Shown: positions 49,480 through 64,000 of the stretch, in pieces | How the letters are laid out: each line of letters opens with the position of its first letter | How positions within the stretch are numbered: the first letter of the stretch is position 1 | Assembly: GCF_009914755.1 (NCBI RefSeq) | Contig: NC_060925.1 | Length of the DNA: 64,000 bases | Direction: 5' to 3' (one strand) | DNA from: the human T2T-CHM13v2.0 reference genome, Homo sapiens | Position numbers and translations under genes: made by a program | The notes under the pieces: generated by a model | Databases searched by the model: none | The model's input: the letters and a program-made list of their open reading frames with translations, nothing else | What the model was told of the DNA's origin: nothing

Positions 49480-51032
49480 TTGTAGTGTACTTTAAAATAT
49501 AAGTCCAAGTTCCTGAAATTTCCCAATTTGACTAAAGTCTTGGGCTCAAGACTGCAAATGCAACAGCCATTGGAGGAGTAGGGGCATAAATAATTTTATA
49601 ATTTTATCTGAAATTTATGTATGAATCAGTTCATCAGACTCTTTACCTAATAGGAAAATAGAAAAGGGAGGTAGGGCTGACTCTTAAAAAAAAAAAAAGA
49701 AAAGAAAAAAAAGCAGGAAATAAGTGGGGTCCAGAAATGGATACAGCTTGGAAACAATGAAGCAAGAGGAAGCTCCACGCATTTCATCCCACAGCCCCCA
49801 GGCCACCCAGCACTTCCTTCAATGCTCAGGGACTGAGGCAAGAATGGTGGCAGCAGCTCATGCTTCATGAACTCACCTCCTAGTGGAAAGGACACCCTAA
49901 AAGTTTAGAATATCGCAAACCATCTACTATTTTAGAGGAATTTTCAGAAAACTTGGGAGATAACTTTGACTATAAAGTAATTGCCATAAATAAGTGGCAA
50001 CAACATTGTCTAAAGAAAACTCTTTTACATATTTTGACAATATCTGTATCTTCTAAAAGGTCATAAAGAGTGTGACTTATTTACATTTTGTATATAATGT
50101 AACCTCTGGCAGGTAGTAGGTGAAAAATCAAGTGATCACACAGACCTGCCTTGTTTTGAGCAGTTATGGGAGGAAAGGGAAAATTCTGGAAAGGATCTTA
50201 GTCTTTGCTGTCCATCAATTATATATTGAGGGACAATGAGAACCACCTTCTTTTAAAGCATGGAATCAAAAATCCCCATGATAGATTCAAAAAGCCTCTG
50301 ATCTCATCTTGACCCTTGGGGTAGCTTATGCTGTCATATTAATGGTCCCAAAGAGAGATTATTAGCTAGAAATTTATAATTAAAACCTGACAAATATCAT
50401 ATTTCAACAAATTTAAGATGCCATGGTAAGACGTCTCATAATTTTGTGTGCCACCCAGAAAAAACAAAACCTGCAATTAAACTGGGTTGTATCATCAATT
50501 GCTTGATGCATTCTGATTCCAGATATGTTAAAATGTTGACACATGGATCTGAGAACAAAATATGGTATCTCTAAACTTGTAACACAAAAAAAAGATTAGT
50601 CTTCTGTCTTACTTTGGCGTTTGGAATTACTGTATGTGTATATCTTACTTGCCCAACTGTTTTTCATCAAACTCTGGCATCCTTGCCTCTTGAATGTATT
50701 TGTCTTCTGCCTTTTTAGTCTCTCAGTCACAAGCCCCCATGACTTCCCAGCTGTCTATGAAAACAGATTTCTAATTGTCTCTGTGCCCCCCAAATTTTAG
50801 TCCCTGTGCACATAACCCAGTCATCTGAGTACATCATACTGACCTTTCTAGAGGGTCTCCCTCCGCTAGCCCAACCCTTATCAGAATCCTTCTCATTGCC
50901 TACAACCATCCTCAAACTAGGGTAAGAGGGCTTCCAGGAATGTGTGGTGAAGCCCTCAAAACCACTGAATGAACAGAGCAAATTTTCCTGAAGCATTAAT
51001 TTTATGCAATGGTAAGCAATTTAAGACATTAA

Positions 51033-51392
51033 TTTTTTTTTAATGGAGTCTCACTCTGTCACCCAGGCTGGAGTGCAATGGCACAGTCTTGGCTCACTAC
51101 AGCCTCTGCCTCCTGGGTTCAAGCCATTCTCCTGCCCCAGTCTCCCAAATAGTGGGATTACAGGTGCCCACCACCATACCCAGCTAATTTTTTTGTATTT
51201 CTTAGTAAAGTATTTTGTATTTTTAGTAAACACTTTTAGTAACATATTTTTGTATTTTTAGTAAAATTCTTTTTGTATTTTTAGATTTCACCATGTTGGC
51301 CAGGCTGATTTCCAACTTCTGACCTTAAGTGATTTGCCCGCCTTGGCCTCCCAAAGTGCTGGGATTACAGGCATGAGCCACTGTGCGTGGCT
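51033..51392 (-). mobile_element. AluS with amplified middle linker
   Basis: TSD gacattaatt; tttgtatttttag repeated in the linker. Confidence 0.9.
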
Positions 51393-51740
51393 GACATTAA
51401 TTGTTTATGCTAAAACAAACATTATGGAATAAAACGATAAATTGAGTTAACTTTTATGATAAAACAGTTTATAGAAATAGTATCATTTCAAGTTATCATT
51501 CCCCTCTGCTGTTGAAGTGGAGCATTTCCAGATGCTCTGGCCTACAGGATTAGCCTATTCTCCAGAATATCCCACCATCTTTTCAGTCTTATCACTCTCT
51601 GTCTATTCCCCAATGCAAATTATTTTCCTGCCAAATTATCTTCTTGACATTTCTCCCAATTACTCAGCTTTGCTTTGTTGCTCTTGATGGTCATCTGACT
51701 TCAACACCTGCTTTTCCTCCTCTCTGCTTTCCAAACCTGA

Positions 51741-51956
<216 letters not shown>

Positions 51957-52000
51957 AATTTATTCTTCTTATCCGAAAACACTTATTGAAATACCACGGA

Positions 52001-52146
52001 CAGGGGTTGGCAAACCATAGCCTGGAGTCAAATGCTGCCTGCTGCCTGCTGGTGACTGACAGAGTTACAACAGAGACCATAGGGCCTGCAAAGTCTGACA
52101 GATTTACTATCTGGCCTTTTACAGAAAAAGTTTGCCAATACCTAGT
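52001..52146. mobile_element. MER58A-like hAT relic
   Basis: caggggttggcaaac...tttactatctggccttttacagaaaaagtttgcc. Confidence 0.8.
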
Positions 52147-52208
52147 CTAGGTCCTTATTATCTTTTCTAGCACTAAAATTCCATTATCTTTTAATATATT
52201 ACCTTGTT

Positions 52209-52515
52209 GGCCGGGCATGGTGGCTCACACCTGTAATCTCAGCACTTTGGGAGGCCAAGGCGGGTCGATCATGAGGTCAGGAGTTCGAGACCAGAATGGC
52301 CAATATGGTGAAACCTGGTCTCTACTAAAACTACAAAAATTAGCTGGGCATGGTAGTACACGCCTGTAGTCCCAGCTACCCAGGAGGCTGAGACAAGAGA
52401 ATCGCTTGAACCCAGGAGGTGGAAGTTGCAGTCAGCCAAAATCGTGCCATTGCACTCCAGCCTGGGTGACAGAGCAAGACTCCATCTCAAAACAAACAAA
52501 CAAACAAAAAACAAA
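52209..52515 (+). mobile_element. AluS followed by a (CT)n(AT)n microsatellite
   Basis: Dimer, (CAAA)n tail. Confidence 0.92.
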
Positions 52516-52756
52516 ATTCTCTCTCTCTATATATATATATATATTATATATATATAAAACCTTAATTCACTTTTTATAGATGGCATTTTGCAAATGAGAC
52601 CACAAGCTCTTTACAATCTTATTCATTCAGCTTCTATCCTAGGACCTAGGAAAGTTCTATCCTTGATGAACGTGCTCCGTGGCTTCCTCTGGTACATTAC
52701 TAAATAACATATTATCATGGTGCAACTTTAAATATGAAATAAACCTGCTGCTTTCC

Positions 52757-53115
<359 letters not shown>

Positions 53116-53452
53116 TAACTGACCGGTATATGGTATGTTTGTCAATCAACCAATCTTCAAATGCTTATTTAGTATTTTTGCTGTGCTAGGTTCCAAGCAG
53201 TGAGAGATGAGTCACATAAGAAAAACATAAGCTCTTCTTGCCCTCTCAGATTTGACCACCTCATTGAGACCAGACTAACACCTTTGAGTTGAACCAGTTG
53301 AGGTGAACCAGTTGTATGATGCCTCATGTTCCAGAGGAAGGAGAAATTGGTGCGGGCTGAAGGCTAAGAGGGGGCACTTAACCCCTATTCAATGAACATA
53401 TCTTGTGGACACTAAGCAATAAAGTTTGGTAGATGGCATGCAAGAATTATAG

Positions 53453-53739
53453 GGCTAGGTGCAGTGGCTCACACCTATAATCCTAGTACTTGGGGAGTCT
53501 AAGGTGTGAGGATCACTTGAGGCCAGGAGCTCAAAATCAGCCTGGCCAACATAGGGAGATTCCATCTCTACTAAATAATTTTAAAGTTAGCAGGGCATGG
53601 TGGGGCATGTCTGTAGTCCCAGCTACTTGGGAGGCTGAAGTGGGAGGATAGTTTGAACACAGGAGTTGGAGTCTGTAGTGAGCTATAATCACACCATTAC
53701 ACTCCAGCCTGGGCAACAGAAGAAGACACTGTCTCAAAA
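53453..53739 (+). mobile_element. AluJ
   Basis: TSD agaattata. Confidence 0.9.
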
Positions 53740-53857
53740 GAGAATTATATAAAGCAGGTTCTACATTGCCAGAGACCTTTTAATTGCGGTTCTTGGTGCA
53801 ATAAGCTAAATTCTTCCATGTGTACTCTACAGGTGATAGGAGGAAAATACTCCCTAG

Positions 53858-53945
53858 CTCACAACTATGTTCAATATTTGTACTGATTTGAATATTTGTA
53901 ACTCATAACTATGTTTGATATTTGTACTGATTTGAATATTTGTAA
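53858..53945. repeat. 44-bp tandem duplication
   Basis: ctca(c/t)aactatgtt(ca/tg)atatttgtactgatttgaatatttgtaa x2. Confidence 0.95.
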
Positions 53946-54034
53946 CTTACCTTTCTTGTTGAACCAAAAAAAATTTTGAAACAGCCTAAAACAAATTTAT
54001 TCATTAATCATCCAACAAATATTTATCAAGTACC

Positions 54035-54732
<698 letters not shown>

Positions 54733-56435
54733 GCCTACTACCTGCCTCTTCTAAGCTCTAGGAATATAGAGATGAATAAGACTGACCAGGTCCTGAACTC
54801 CTTCAATGATGAGAGACAATCAGTAAGTAAATATGATCAATACAGACAGCAATAAGTGCTCTGAAGGAAATGAACATGGTGACCCAGGGCAAAGTAACTG
54901 GTGCTCAGTGGGAAGAGGTCAAGGAAAGTCTCTCTAAGGTCTTCCCCTGAGACCTGGTGAGAGAGAAGCAGCCAAGAAATGGGCTGAAACAGAAGTCCAG
55001 CAGCAGGCAGAATGACCACAAAAGCTGGAAGCAGTTCTAAGCTTGGTGTGTGTTTGTAGAAAGCCAGTCGTGGATGGAGTGAATGACAGGACAAGAGGCT
55101 GGGAAGCTGGTCAGGAGCTAAGCCATGGAGAGCCCTGCAGGGCATTGTTAGGACTTCAGCTTTGATTCTATGGGCAAAAGACATGGTAGAATAATAGAAA
55201 CAAAATTAGAAAATCCAGGAAGAAAATATCCAGAGTCAAAAGATCTGCTACATCTAAGGACTCACAGCTGTAATAATTGAGCTTCAGATTTGCTCTTGGG
55301 TTTTCTACAACCAGAGCCAAAAAGGGCAATATAGATTACTGGCTCTAGTTATCTGAATGAGAAAGTGTAGCAGTTTCTTGGATGACCAATTTTGTCCTGG
55401 CACTCGGTTCTACAAGAAATGCTTCCTTTGAATCTTTCTTAGACACAGGACTTTGAGGAATATAATGGTCAATTTCCTAGAAAACAGTTTTCCAGCAAAT
55501 CCGAACTGGTTTTCTCATGGCTGTCTCCAGTTCCTGTGGCTCAGTGGCTGAAACACAACTCAGTGAGGTTTGAACTCATCCATGGGCACCTGTCTCTGGC
55601 CTTAATGGTGTTCAAATATGAATCAAAAATTTCTAGAGTAGTATCTTAATTTTAGTTGCACAAAGATTGGTCCTGGGCAAAATGCGAGAAAGGTAAAGTT
55701 TATCCCTTACGTCTCTGCCTTCAATACTGCTCCTGCGTGACTGAGAGGGCCTTGATATGACCTCAGGTCCTTATTTCTGCCTGGTGGTCAGTGTTTTCAG
55801 GACCCTGAACTCCTCCATGGCTACTGGTCAGCAACAAGACAGCTTGTGTTCTTTGACACCAGACAAGTCTTACAGCGTGCAGCTGGTGACTTGTGGCAAG
55901 TTGCTTAACTTCTGAAAGCTTCCATTTCCCCATCTAGCAAGAGGACATGAAATAACACATGTAAAGTACCTGGCATTGAGTGGATGCCTCCCACCTTCAG
56001 TTAGTTATAGTGGATAGCAAATGAGTGTCAGTGAGGAATGTGGTAGCTTTTGCCCAGCTAAAATGTTTATATTTCTAAGAGACATTTTTAAAAATACAAA
56101 TCTTATTAATTTTTAAAACGTACCTAAGTCGTATATGATAATTGAAAACATTTCTACCAATACCGAAATGTAGAAAATGAAAATGTGAAAATGTTCCCTC
56201 AATACCTCCTTGATCTCCCATTCTGCAGCATATAAAGAAACTGTAATTAAATACTCTTTGCTGTTGTTAACACACTCGATTTCTGTGGTCTGACTGGTAG
56301 CTTTCCAGACCTTTTTATAGCATAGTATGTCTGAGTGTATTTTATGCCTTATATATTAATATTGTTCCCCATGGGCTTCTGCATTTGCTAATACAGCCAT
56401 CCTCTTCTGTTTGTGCACACACATTACCTAATTTA

Positions 56436-56750
<315 letters not shown>

Positions 56751-56837
56751 TCATTTATCTATGCATTCATTTATTCATTTAACAAACATTTATCAAGTGC
56801 CTGAGATACACAGTTAGATTATCTATACTTTGTTACC

Positions 56838-57124
56838 TTTTTTTTTTTTTTGAGACAGAGTTTTACTCTGTCACCCAGGCTGGAGTGCAGGCTGGAGTTA
56901 TAGCTCACTGCAGCCTTGGACTCCTGGGCTCAAGTGATCCTCTCACCTCAGACTCCCAAGTAGCTAGGACCTCAGGTGCATGCCACCATGCCTGACTAAT
57001 TTTTTGTATATTTTGTAGAGATGGGGTTTCGCCATGTTGCCTAGGCTGGTCTTGAACCCCTGGACTCAAGCGATTCACCCACCTCAGCCTGCCAAAGTGC
57101 TGGGATTACAGGCATGAGCCACCT
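56838..57124 (-). mobile_element. AluJ
   Basis: Dimer, J diagnostics. Confidence 0.9.
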
Positions 57125-57430
57125 TTTTTACTATAATAATAATAAATAAATATCTTTATACACATATTCTTGTATACTTGTGTGTGAATATTTCTAGAAA
57201 ACCATTTCCTTTTTAAAAACGGAATTTCTGGGTCTAAATATGCATGCACTTTAAATTTTGATAGGTGCTGACAAATTGCCCTCCAAAAAGGAGGTATCAC
57301 TTCAGACTCCCATTAGCAGTTGATGCCAATGCCAGTTTCCCAATCCAATAAGTTAAAAACATTATCTTGTTCTAATTTGCCTTTCTTTGGTCACCGGGAG
57401 AAGTGAGCTTTTCTATATGTTTTTTAGCCA
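57125..57430 (-). mobile_element. Old L1 (L1ME-like) fragment
   Basis: ggaatttctgggtc...aaattttgatagg...caaattgccctccaaaa...actcccattagcag. Confidence 0.65.
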
Positions 57431-57847
57431 CTTCCATTAATCCTACCAGTTTTCATGTCTTTGACCCATTTTCTACAAGGAATTTTGAGGGGCCCCTAAC
57501 ATTATCAGTTACAAGTTGTTTCAGAGGCATGTCAGGTAGTTTATCATTTCTCATTAATATCGTAATGATAACTCACAGTCATTGGGTCTCCTTAGTGAGT
57601 TTTCTCTGACCATACCATTTGAAAAATCACCCTCAGCACCCCACCCCCAACACTCCTGCTTCCTCCCCTGCTTTATTTTTCTCTACAGCACTTACCACCA
57701 TGGGTATCTGTTCATATTTTACCAGTTTCCTTGCTTATTTCTGTCTCTCCCACTACAGTGAAAATGTATCTAATCAGTGAATAGAACTCTTAGTAATAGA
57801 ACAGCTGCTTCTGCTTCCTCTTCCTCTTCGTCTTCTTCTTCTTCTTC

Positions 57848-58158
57848 TTTTGTTTGTTTGTTTTTTTGAGACAGGGTCTTGCTCTGTTGCCCAGTCTGGA
57901 GTGCAGTGGTGCAATCTCAGCTCACTGCAACCCCTGCAAGCCCTACCTCCCAGGCTCAAGCAATCCCTTCACCTCAGCCTCCCAAGTAGCTAGGACCACA
58001 GATGTGCACCACCACACCCAGCTAATTTTTGTATTTTTTGTAGAGATGAGGTTTTGCCATGTTGCCCAGGCTGCTCTTGAACTCCTGAGCTCAAGCAATA
58101 CTCCCACCTCAGCCTCCCAAAGTGCTGGGATTACAGGCGTGAGCCACCGTGCCTGGCC
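57848..58158 (-). mobile_element. AluJ with adjacent (CTT)n tract (57805-57848)
   Basis: Dimer. Confidence 0.9.
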
Positions 58159-58179
58159 ACAAAAGAGCTTCTATGGGTA

Positions 58180-58310
58180 TTACTCCATCTAATCTTTCCA
58201 ACAACCTTGTGATGTAGGTACTGTATTATAATTACCTCATTTTACAGAAGTAGAAAATGAATCTAAAAGAAATGAAGGGATATGCTCAGGGTTGGTTAGC
58301 TGGCAAGTGG
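58180..58310 (-). mobile_element. MIR
   Basis: aacaaccttgtgatgtaggtactg...cattttacaga. Confidence 0.65.
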
Positions 58311-58679
58311 GAGGGTCTAAGAGCTTTATGCTGTGATGATGCTGCTTCTAATGATAAAATTGAAGGTTCCCGCAACCCCTTTTGGCATTCATATATCTAC
58401 ATACCTAATTCTGCATATTTAATGAGCACCCAGAAATGATGACTTAGATAGTGGTCTAGATGGGGAAAGGGGGCCGCTCAATCCATTGCCAATGATATGC
58501 CTTGCTAAATTACTGAGAGTGAAGAGATGTTTCAGTCCTTTTTGAGAGAGAGGTTCCAGAACAATTAGCTTTTTGTGGGCATTCGGCAAATATTTGAATT
58601 TCCAGTGGAATTGGCTACAGCAATTAAAACATTAATTTCTAAATAGAAAGTTTTCCCTTTGTACAGCTGAACTTTCACA

Positions 58680-59205
58680 GCAGTCAACCTTGATTGCACA
58701 TTTCCTTGGAATCACCTAGGGTACTTTAAGAAATATTGATGTTGGCCGGGCGTGGTGGCTCACGTCTGTAATCCCAGCACTTTGGAAGGCTGACGCAGGT
58801 AAATCACCTGAGGTCAGGAGTTCGAGACCAGCCTGGCCAACAAGGCAAACCCCCATTTCTACTAAAAATACAAAAAAATTAGCCAGGCATGGTGGTGAGT
58901 GCCTCTAATCCCAGCTACTCAGGAGGCTGAGGCAAGAGAATCACTTGTACTCAGGAGGCAGAGGTTTCAGTGAGCTGAGCTCACACCACTGCACTCCAGC
59001 CTGGGACACAGAGGGGCACTCCTTCTCAAAAAAAAAAGAAAAGAAAAAGAAAGAAAGAAAAAGAAAAGAAAAAAAAGAAATACAAATGTCTGGGCCCCAC
59101 ACTCAGAGATTCAAATTGCCTGGGTCTGGGGTACAACCTGCCTATTGGGATTTTTAAAAGCTCCTTTGGTGATTCTAAAGAACCATCAGGGATGAGAAAC
59201 ACTGA
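58680..59205. mobile_element. MER5-family relic split by an Alu
   Basis: ttggaatcacctaggg...tgggccccac...cagagattc...ttttaaaagctcc...ggtgattctaa. Confidence 0.7.
58745..59080 (+). mobile_element. AluS
   Basis: Dimer, A-rich tail. Confidence 0.92.
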
Positions 59206-59534
59206 TTTATAGTTTCTTCAAATAAAGAGTTGTGTCCCTGTTGCAAAGTACTACTTATTACTATTGTGAAAAGTAACACTTATTACTATAGTGAAACTAA
59301 TACTTATTTCCTATTGAAAAGTAACACTAGGAAATAATACTTGCCAAGCAGCATTCTTCAAGGAGGCAACCATCTACTCTGAAGAACCCCTTGGAGTAAA
59401 ATTAGGTAGGACCTAGCTCAGAAGGGATCACTGTGAAATGGCACTCCCTGAAGATTAAAAAAAATTGCCTTTTGGAGACTCACATTTTGAGAATTTAGTT
59501 GTGAACAAAGAAGCATCATTTTGTTTTTCTAGAA

Positions 59535-59866
59535 TAGCACTCTACAAACTTTTTCTGTAAAGGGCCAGATGGTAAATATTTCAAGCTTTGCAAGCCATAC
59601 GCTCTCTGTGACAACTACTCAATTCTGCTGTGGAAGCACAGAAGTCATAGACAAGACAAAAGCGAACAAGTATGCCTGTATTCCCATCAAACTTTATTTT
59701 GGGACATTAAAATTTAAATTTCACATAATTTTCACATTAAAAAATATTATTATTTTGCTTGTTTTCAACCATTTAAAAATGTAAAAGCCACTCTTAGCCT
59801 TTGGGCAATGCAAAAACAGGTGGTGGGTCAGATTTGGCTCATAGGCCATTGTTTGCTGACCCTTGC
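59535..59866. mobile_element. MER58B-like hAT relic
   Basis: caaactttttctgtaaagggccagatggtaaatattt...gtttgctgacccttg. Confidence 0.85.
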
Positions 59867-59883
59867 TCTAGAAGGACTTTTTA

Positions 59884-60615
<732 letters not shown>

Positions 60616-61479
60616 TTAGGGTATAATTTATTTCCTTCATCCCACACTTAATACATCTCATTCTTGCCATCATAAGAAACTCAGACTGGAATTATTTCTT
60701 GAACTGCAAGTGTACTTGAGATTCCAGGGTGTTTCAGATGGAGCTTGCTTGTCTTTTAGTTCTTTTCCTACTAGAGAAATTACAGGCTACAGGAGATGTG
60801 CAGTATGTCAGGACTGGGATGGATCTAACAAGAACTTAATAACTCAATCACAAAACGTGTGGTTGCCCTATGTGGAGGCTGCTTTTACTGTCCTTTGAGT
60901 CATAAAAAATACCAGCTCCCCATTCTCAAGTGAACGGTTTATAGGCATTGATTTACACAAACACTGGTCTATTAAATATGAGCCCAGAAGATTTGGGGAA
61001 TTCAGAGACATGCAAACTGGAGATGGGAGGGGAAGTGAGTCTTACACCAAGAGGCAAGCGGGCAATTTCTCTACAAGCAATGCAAGTCGAGTCTCTGGCA
61101 AGTGAAGGGCACTTTGCTAAAAATCAGGAATGTGGAAGAGAGGAGAGATGCTCTTGTAAATGGAAATGTTTCCTTGCTTCATAAGCAAATCTTTTCTAGT
61201 TATCTATCAGTGCAAATGGCCATGCTTAGACATTACACACACTACTCAATCATGGAGACATTGAAATGCAAAATAAATTCTCCTGGTGAATTTTCCAGAA
61301 TAAATTATTGAAGATCATGGATAAGAGAATTTGGCTTTGGTGGACAAAAGAGAGTGAGAGAGAAGACATTTGGCGATGGTTTCTTTTTGTCTTTGGTGAA
61401 GAAAAGATAAACAAGGCAGAAGGAGGTGAGGAGAGATGTGGAAGGAGAAAGACCTGCAGATTGGTATTTGGACACAAGG

Positions 61480-61900
61480 AGCTCGTTTTAGCGACACCAA
61501 TATCCTTTTGGGAGTTTGCAATGGCGGCTCTCAGGCACAGCACAAAACTGCTCCTGTTGCCTGGATGCCGCCAGCCGCCACCCAGCTCTGCCACGGGAGG
61601 TGTCGTAAATGTGTTTTATGTGTTGTGTTGCTCGCTGCAGCCTCATCGTCCCCAGGCTGTTGTCATCTCCTAATTGTACAGAACAAAGACCAATGTCTGA
61701 CCAGAGCGACGAGTGAAATTACCCACCTGACCCTCACCTCTCTGATGGGCTTCACTTTCAGAAGCTTGCCCAATCCCATAGGTTGGATCCGGAGACCATT
61801 TTTGTAGCGACATTGATGCCTTTTTCCAGTCTCACAGGGGAATTTTCCAATTACACACACAAAAATAAAACCCCCAAACCTGACAGCGGTAGGAGGAGGC
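61480..61900. promoter_or_regulatory. Candidate enhancer
   Basis: Repeat-free and CpG-retaining; GTCGTAAA 61602, TTTTATG 61614, GCCGCC x2, GGGGAATTTTCC 61837, TGACAG 61881. Confidence 0.4.
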
Positions 61901-62199
61901 TCCAGAACTATTGCTGAGACACCAAAAGCTGCTTCTCATTAAAGGTGAGATTTAGTGCACAAGTTTAAACTGGGAACTTGCAAGAGAAGGTAGGTGCTGC
62001 AAGCTCTGTCATACTTATTTCTACTTGAGACAAAGCAGCAGATGGGGCATTGGGGGTGGAAGGAGCATGAGTGACCCAACACCCTTCTTGCTGACTTAGT
62101 AAACTGTACCCATTCTAGGCCACCTATAGCAACCTGCCCTCCTGCACCACTCTGAGGCTTTCCTTCACACACTCCCTCCTCAAAACCCACTCTCTCTCT

Positions 62200-62406
62200 C
62201 TTTTTTATTTTATTTTATTTTTTTTAGAGACAGGATCTTACTCTGTCAGGCTGGAGTGGAAGGAAGAAAGGAAGGAAGTCATATTGCATATGACTATGCA
62301 GTAGTATAGTCATAGCTCACTGCAGTCTTGAACTCCTGGGCTCAAGTGATCCTCCCACCTCCGTCTCCAGAGTAGCTGGGACTGCAGGGATGCATCACCA
62401 TGCCCA
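62200..62406 (-). mobile_element. FRAM/AluJ arm carrying a foreign insert
   Basis: Alu text broken at ggagtg|...|tgcagt. Confidence 0.85.
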
Positions 62407-62476
62407 AAGGTCCACTCTCCTCTCTGAACTCTCAGAGCAGGGTTTTGGTTTCACCTACCAGATCCTCACCCCAGGC

Positions 62477-62787
<311 letters not shown>

Positions 62788-62961
62788 AGGCTGTCCATCT
62801 TCATGCTGCTGTGTGCTGACTTCTCAGTCTACTGCAGCTCTTTTCGGGCAGCAATCCTGTCTTCCCAACATTGCTGATTTCAGCAATTTAAATTGTCTTG
62901 ATTATGTTGATTTCTTAAGGGTTATTTTTAAATGCGATGAAATATTTTATCTTTACATGAC

Positions 62962-63108
62962 TTTTTTATTTTATTTTATTTTATTTTATTTTCATAGAGA
63001 CAGGGTCTTGCTATGTTGCCCAGGCTGCTCTCAAACTCCTGGGCTCAAGTGATCTGCCTGCCTTGGCCTCCCAAAGTGCTGGGACTACAGGCGTGAGCCA
63101 CCACACTC
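62962..63108 (-). mobile_element. FLAM
   Basis: TSD tttaca(t/g)gactt. Confidence 0.85.
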
Positions 63109-63357
63109 AAACTTTTACAGGACTTCATATAAGTAAATGAACAAATCAATAAAAACCATCTTCTAGAAACACATGACTATTTTTATCCTGAAAACATGAT
63201 CACTATACATTTCTTCCTTTGACAAATCATTCTTGATACCTGCTGGGTATCTGACACATCTGGAAATGATGAACAAAATAGATACATCATCACTGCCCTG
63301 GTGGAGTTCACAGTCTAGGCAGGGAGACAATCCAATAAGAAAACAAACATGACAGCT

Positions 63358-63662
<305 letters not shown>

Positions 63663-63699
63663 TTAAAAAAGAAAAACAAGGGCTTCGGTTTTTAAAATT

Positions 63700-63925
63700 G
63701 GCTTTGGAGCCAGATAAACCCATGCTCAAATTTTGAATCTACTGTTTACTAGCCCTGTGACCTTGAACACGTTGCTTAACCTCTCTCTCTCTCGGTTTCC
63801 TTGCTTGTAAAGTAACAATAACAATAGTATTTTTCATACCTGGCTGGAGTGAGGATTAGATGACATAATATATGCAAAGCCTTTAGAACAGTGCCTGACA
63901 TATAGTGATATCTCAGTAAACAACA
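63700..63925 (+). mobile_element. MIR
   Basis: ggctttggagcc...tgtgaccttg...cttaacctctc...aaagcctttagaacagtgcctgacatatag. Confidence 0.8.
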
Positions 63926-64000
63926 ACTTCTGTGATTATTATTATTAATAAAGCTCTCTTTTAAGGCATCATCTCCAACCACGTCTAATGAATTGCCACT

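Noticed and set aside
49870-49890. Second CTCF-like motif (CCACTAGGAGGTG, minus strand)
   Set aside because: Mismatches at core positions and no supporting context.

Overview
Primate (human-like; an AluY is present) nuclear DNA. It is AT-rich and very Alu-dense (about 54 Alu/FLAM/FRAM pieces), with old L1, L2, MIR, MaLR LTR and hAT DNA-transposon relics. I see no credible protein-coding gene, rRNA, tRNA, CRISPR array or CpG island: almost all ORFs in the track come from Alu, L1 or simple repeats. I could not identify the locus by name. The repeat-poor blocks look like developmental enhancer territory (HOX/MEIS/TCF/GATA/AP-1 motifs and one strong CTCF site). Several well-formed splice-site pairs suggest a minus-strand multi-exon (lnc)RNA, possibly with a short ORF. 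The most unusual directly visible structures are: two non-Alu long-range inverted repeats (1371-1510/2295-2432 and 46543-46610/48186-48255, the second bracketing a candidate exon); a perfect 22-bp-stem palindrome; an old 2-kb-range templated insertion that later gained Alus independently in both copies; several smaller templated-insertion scars; and a G/C-skewed modular VNTR. None of these proves a new biological system. Repeat subfamily calls and boundaries were made by eye and are approximate.
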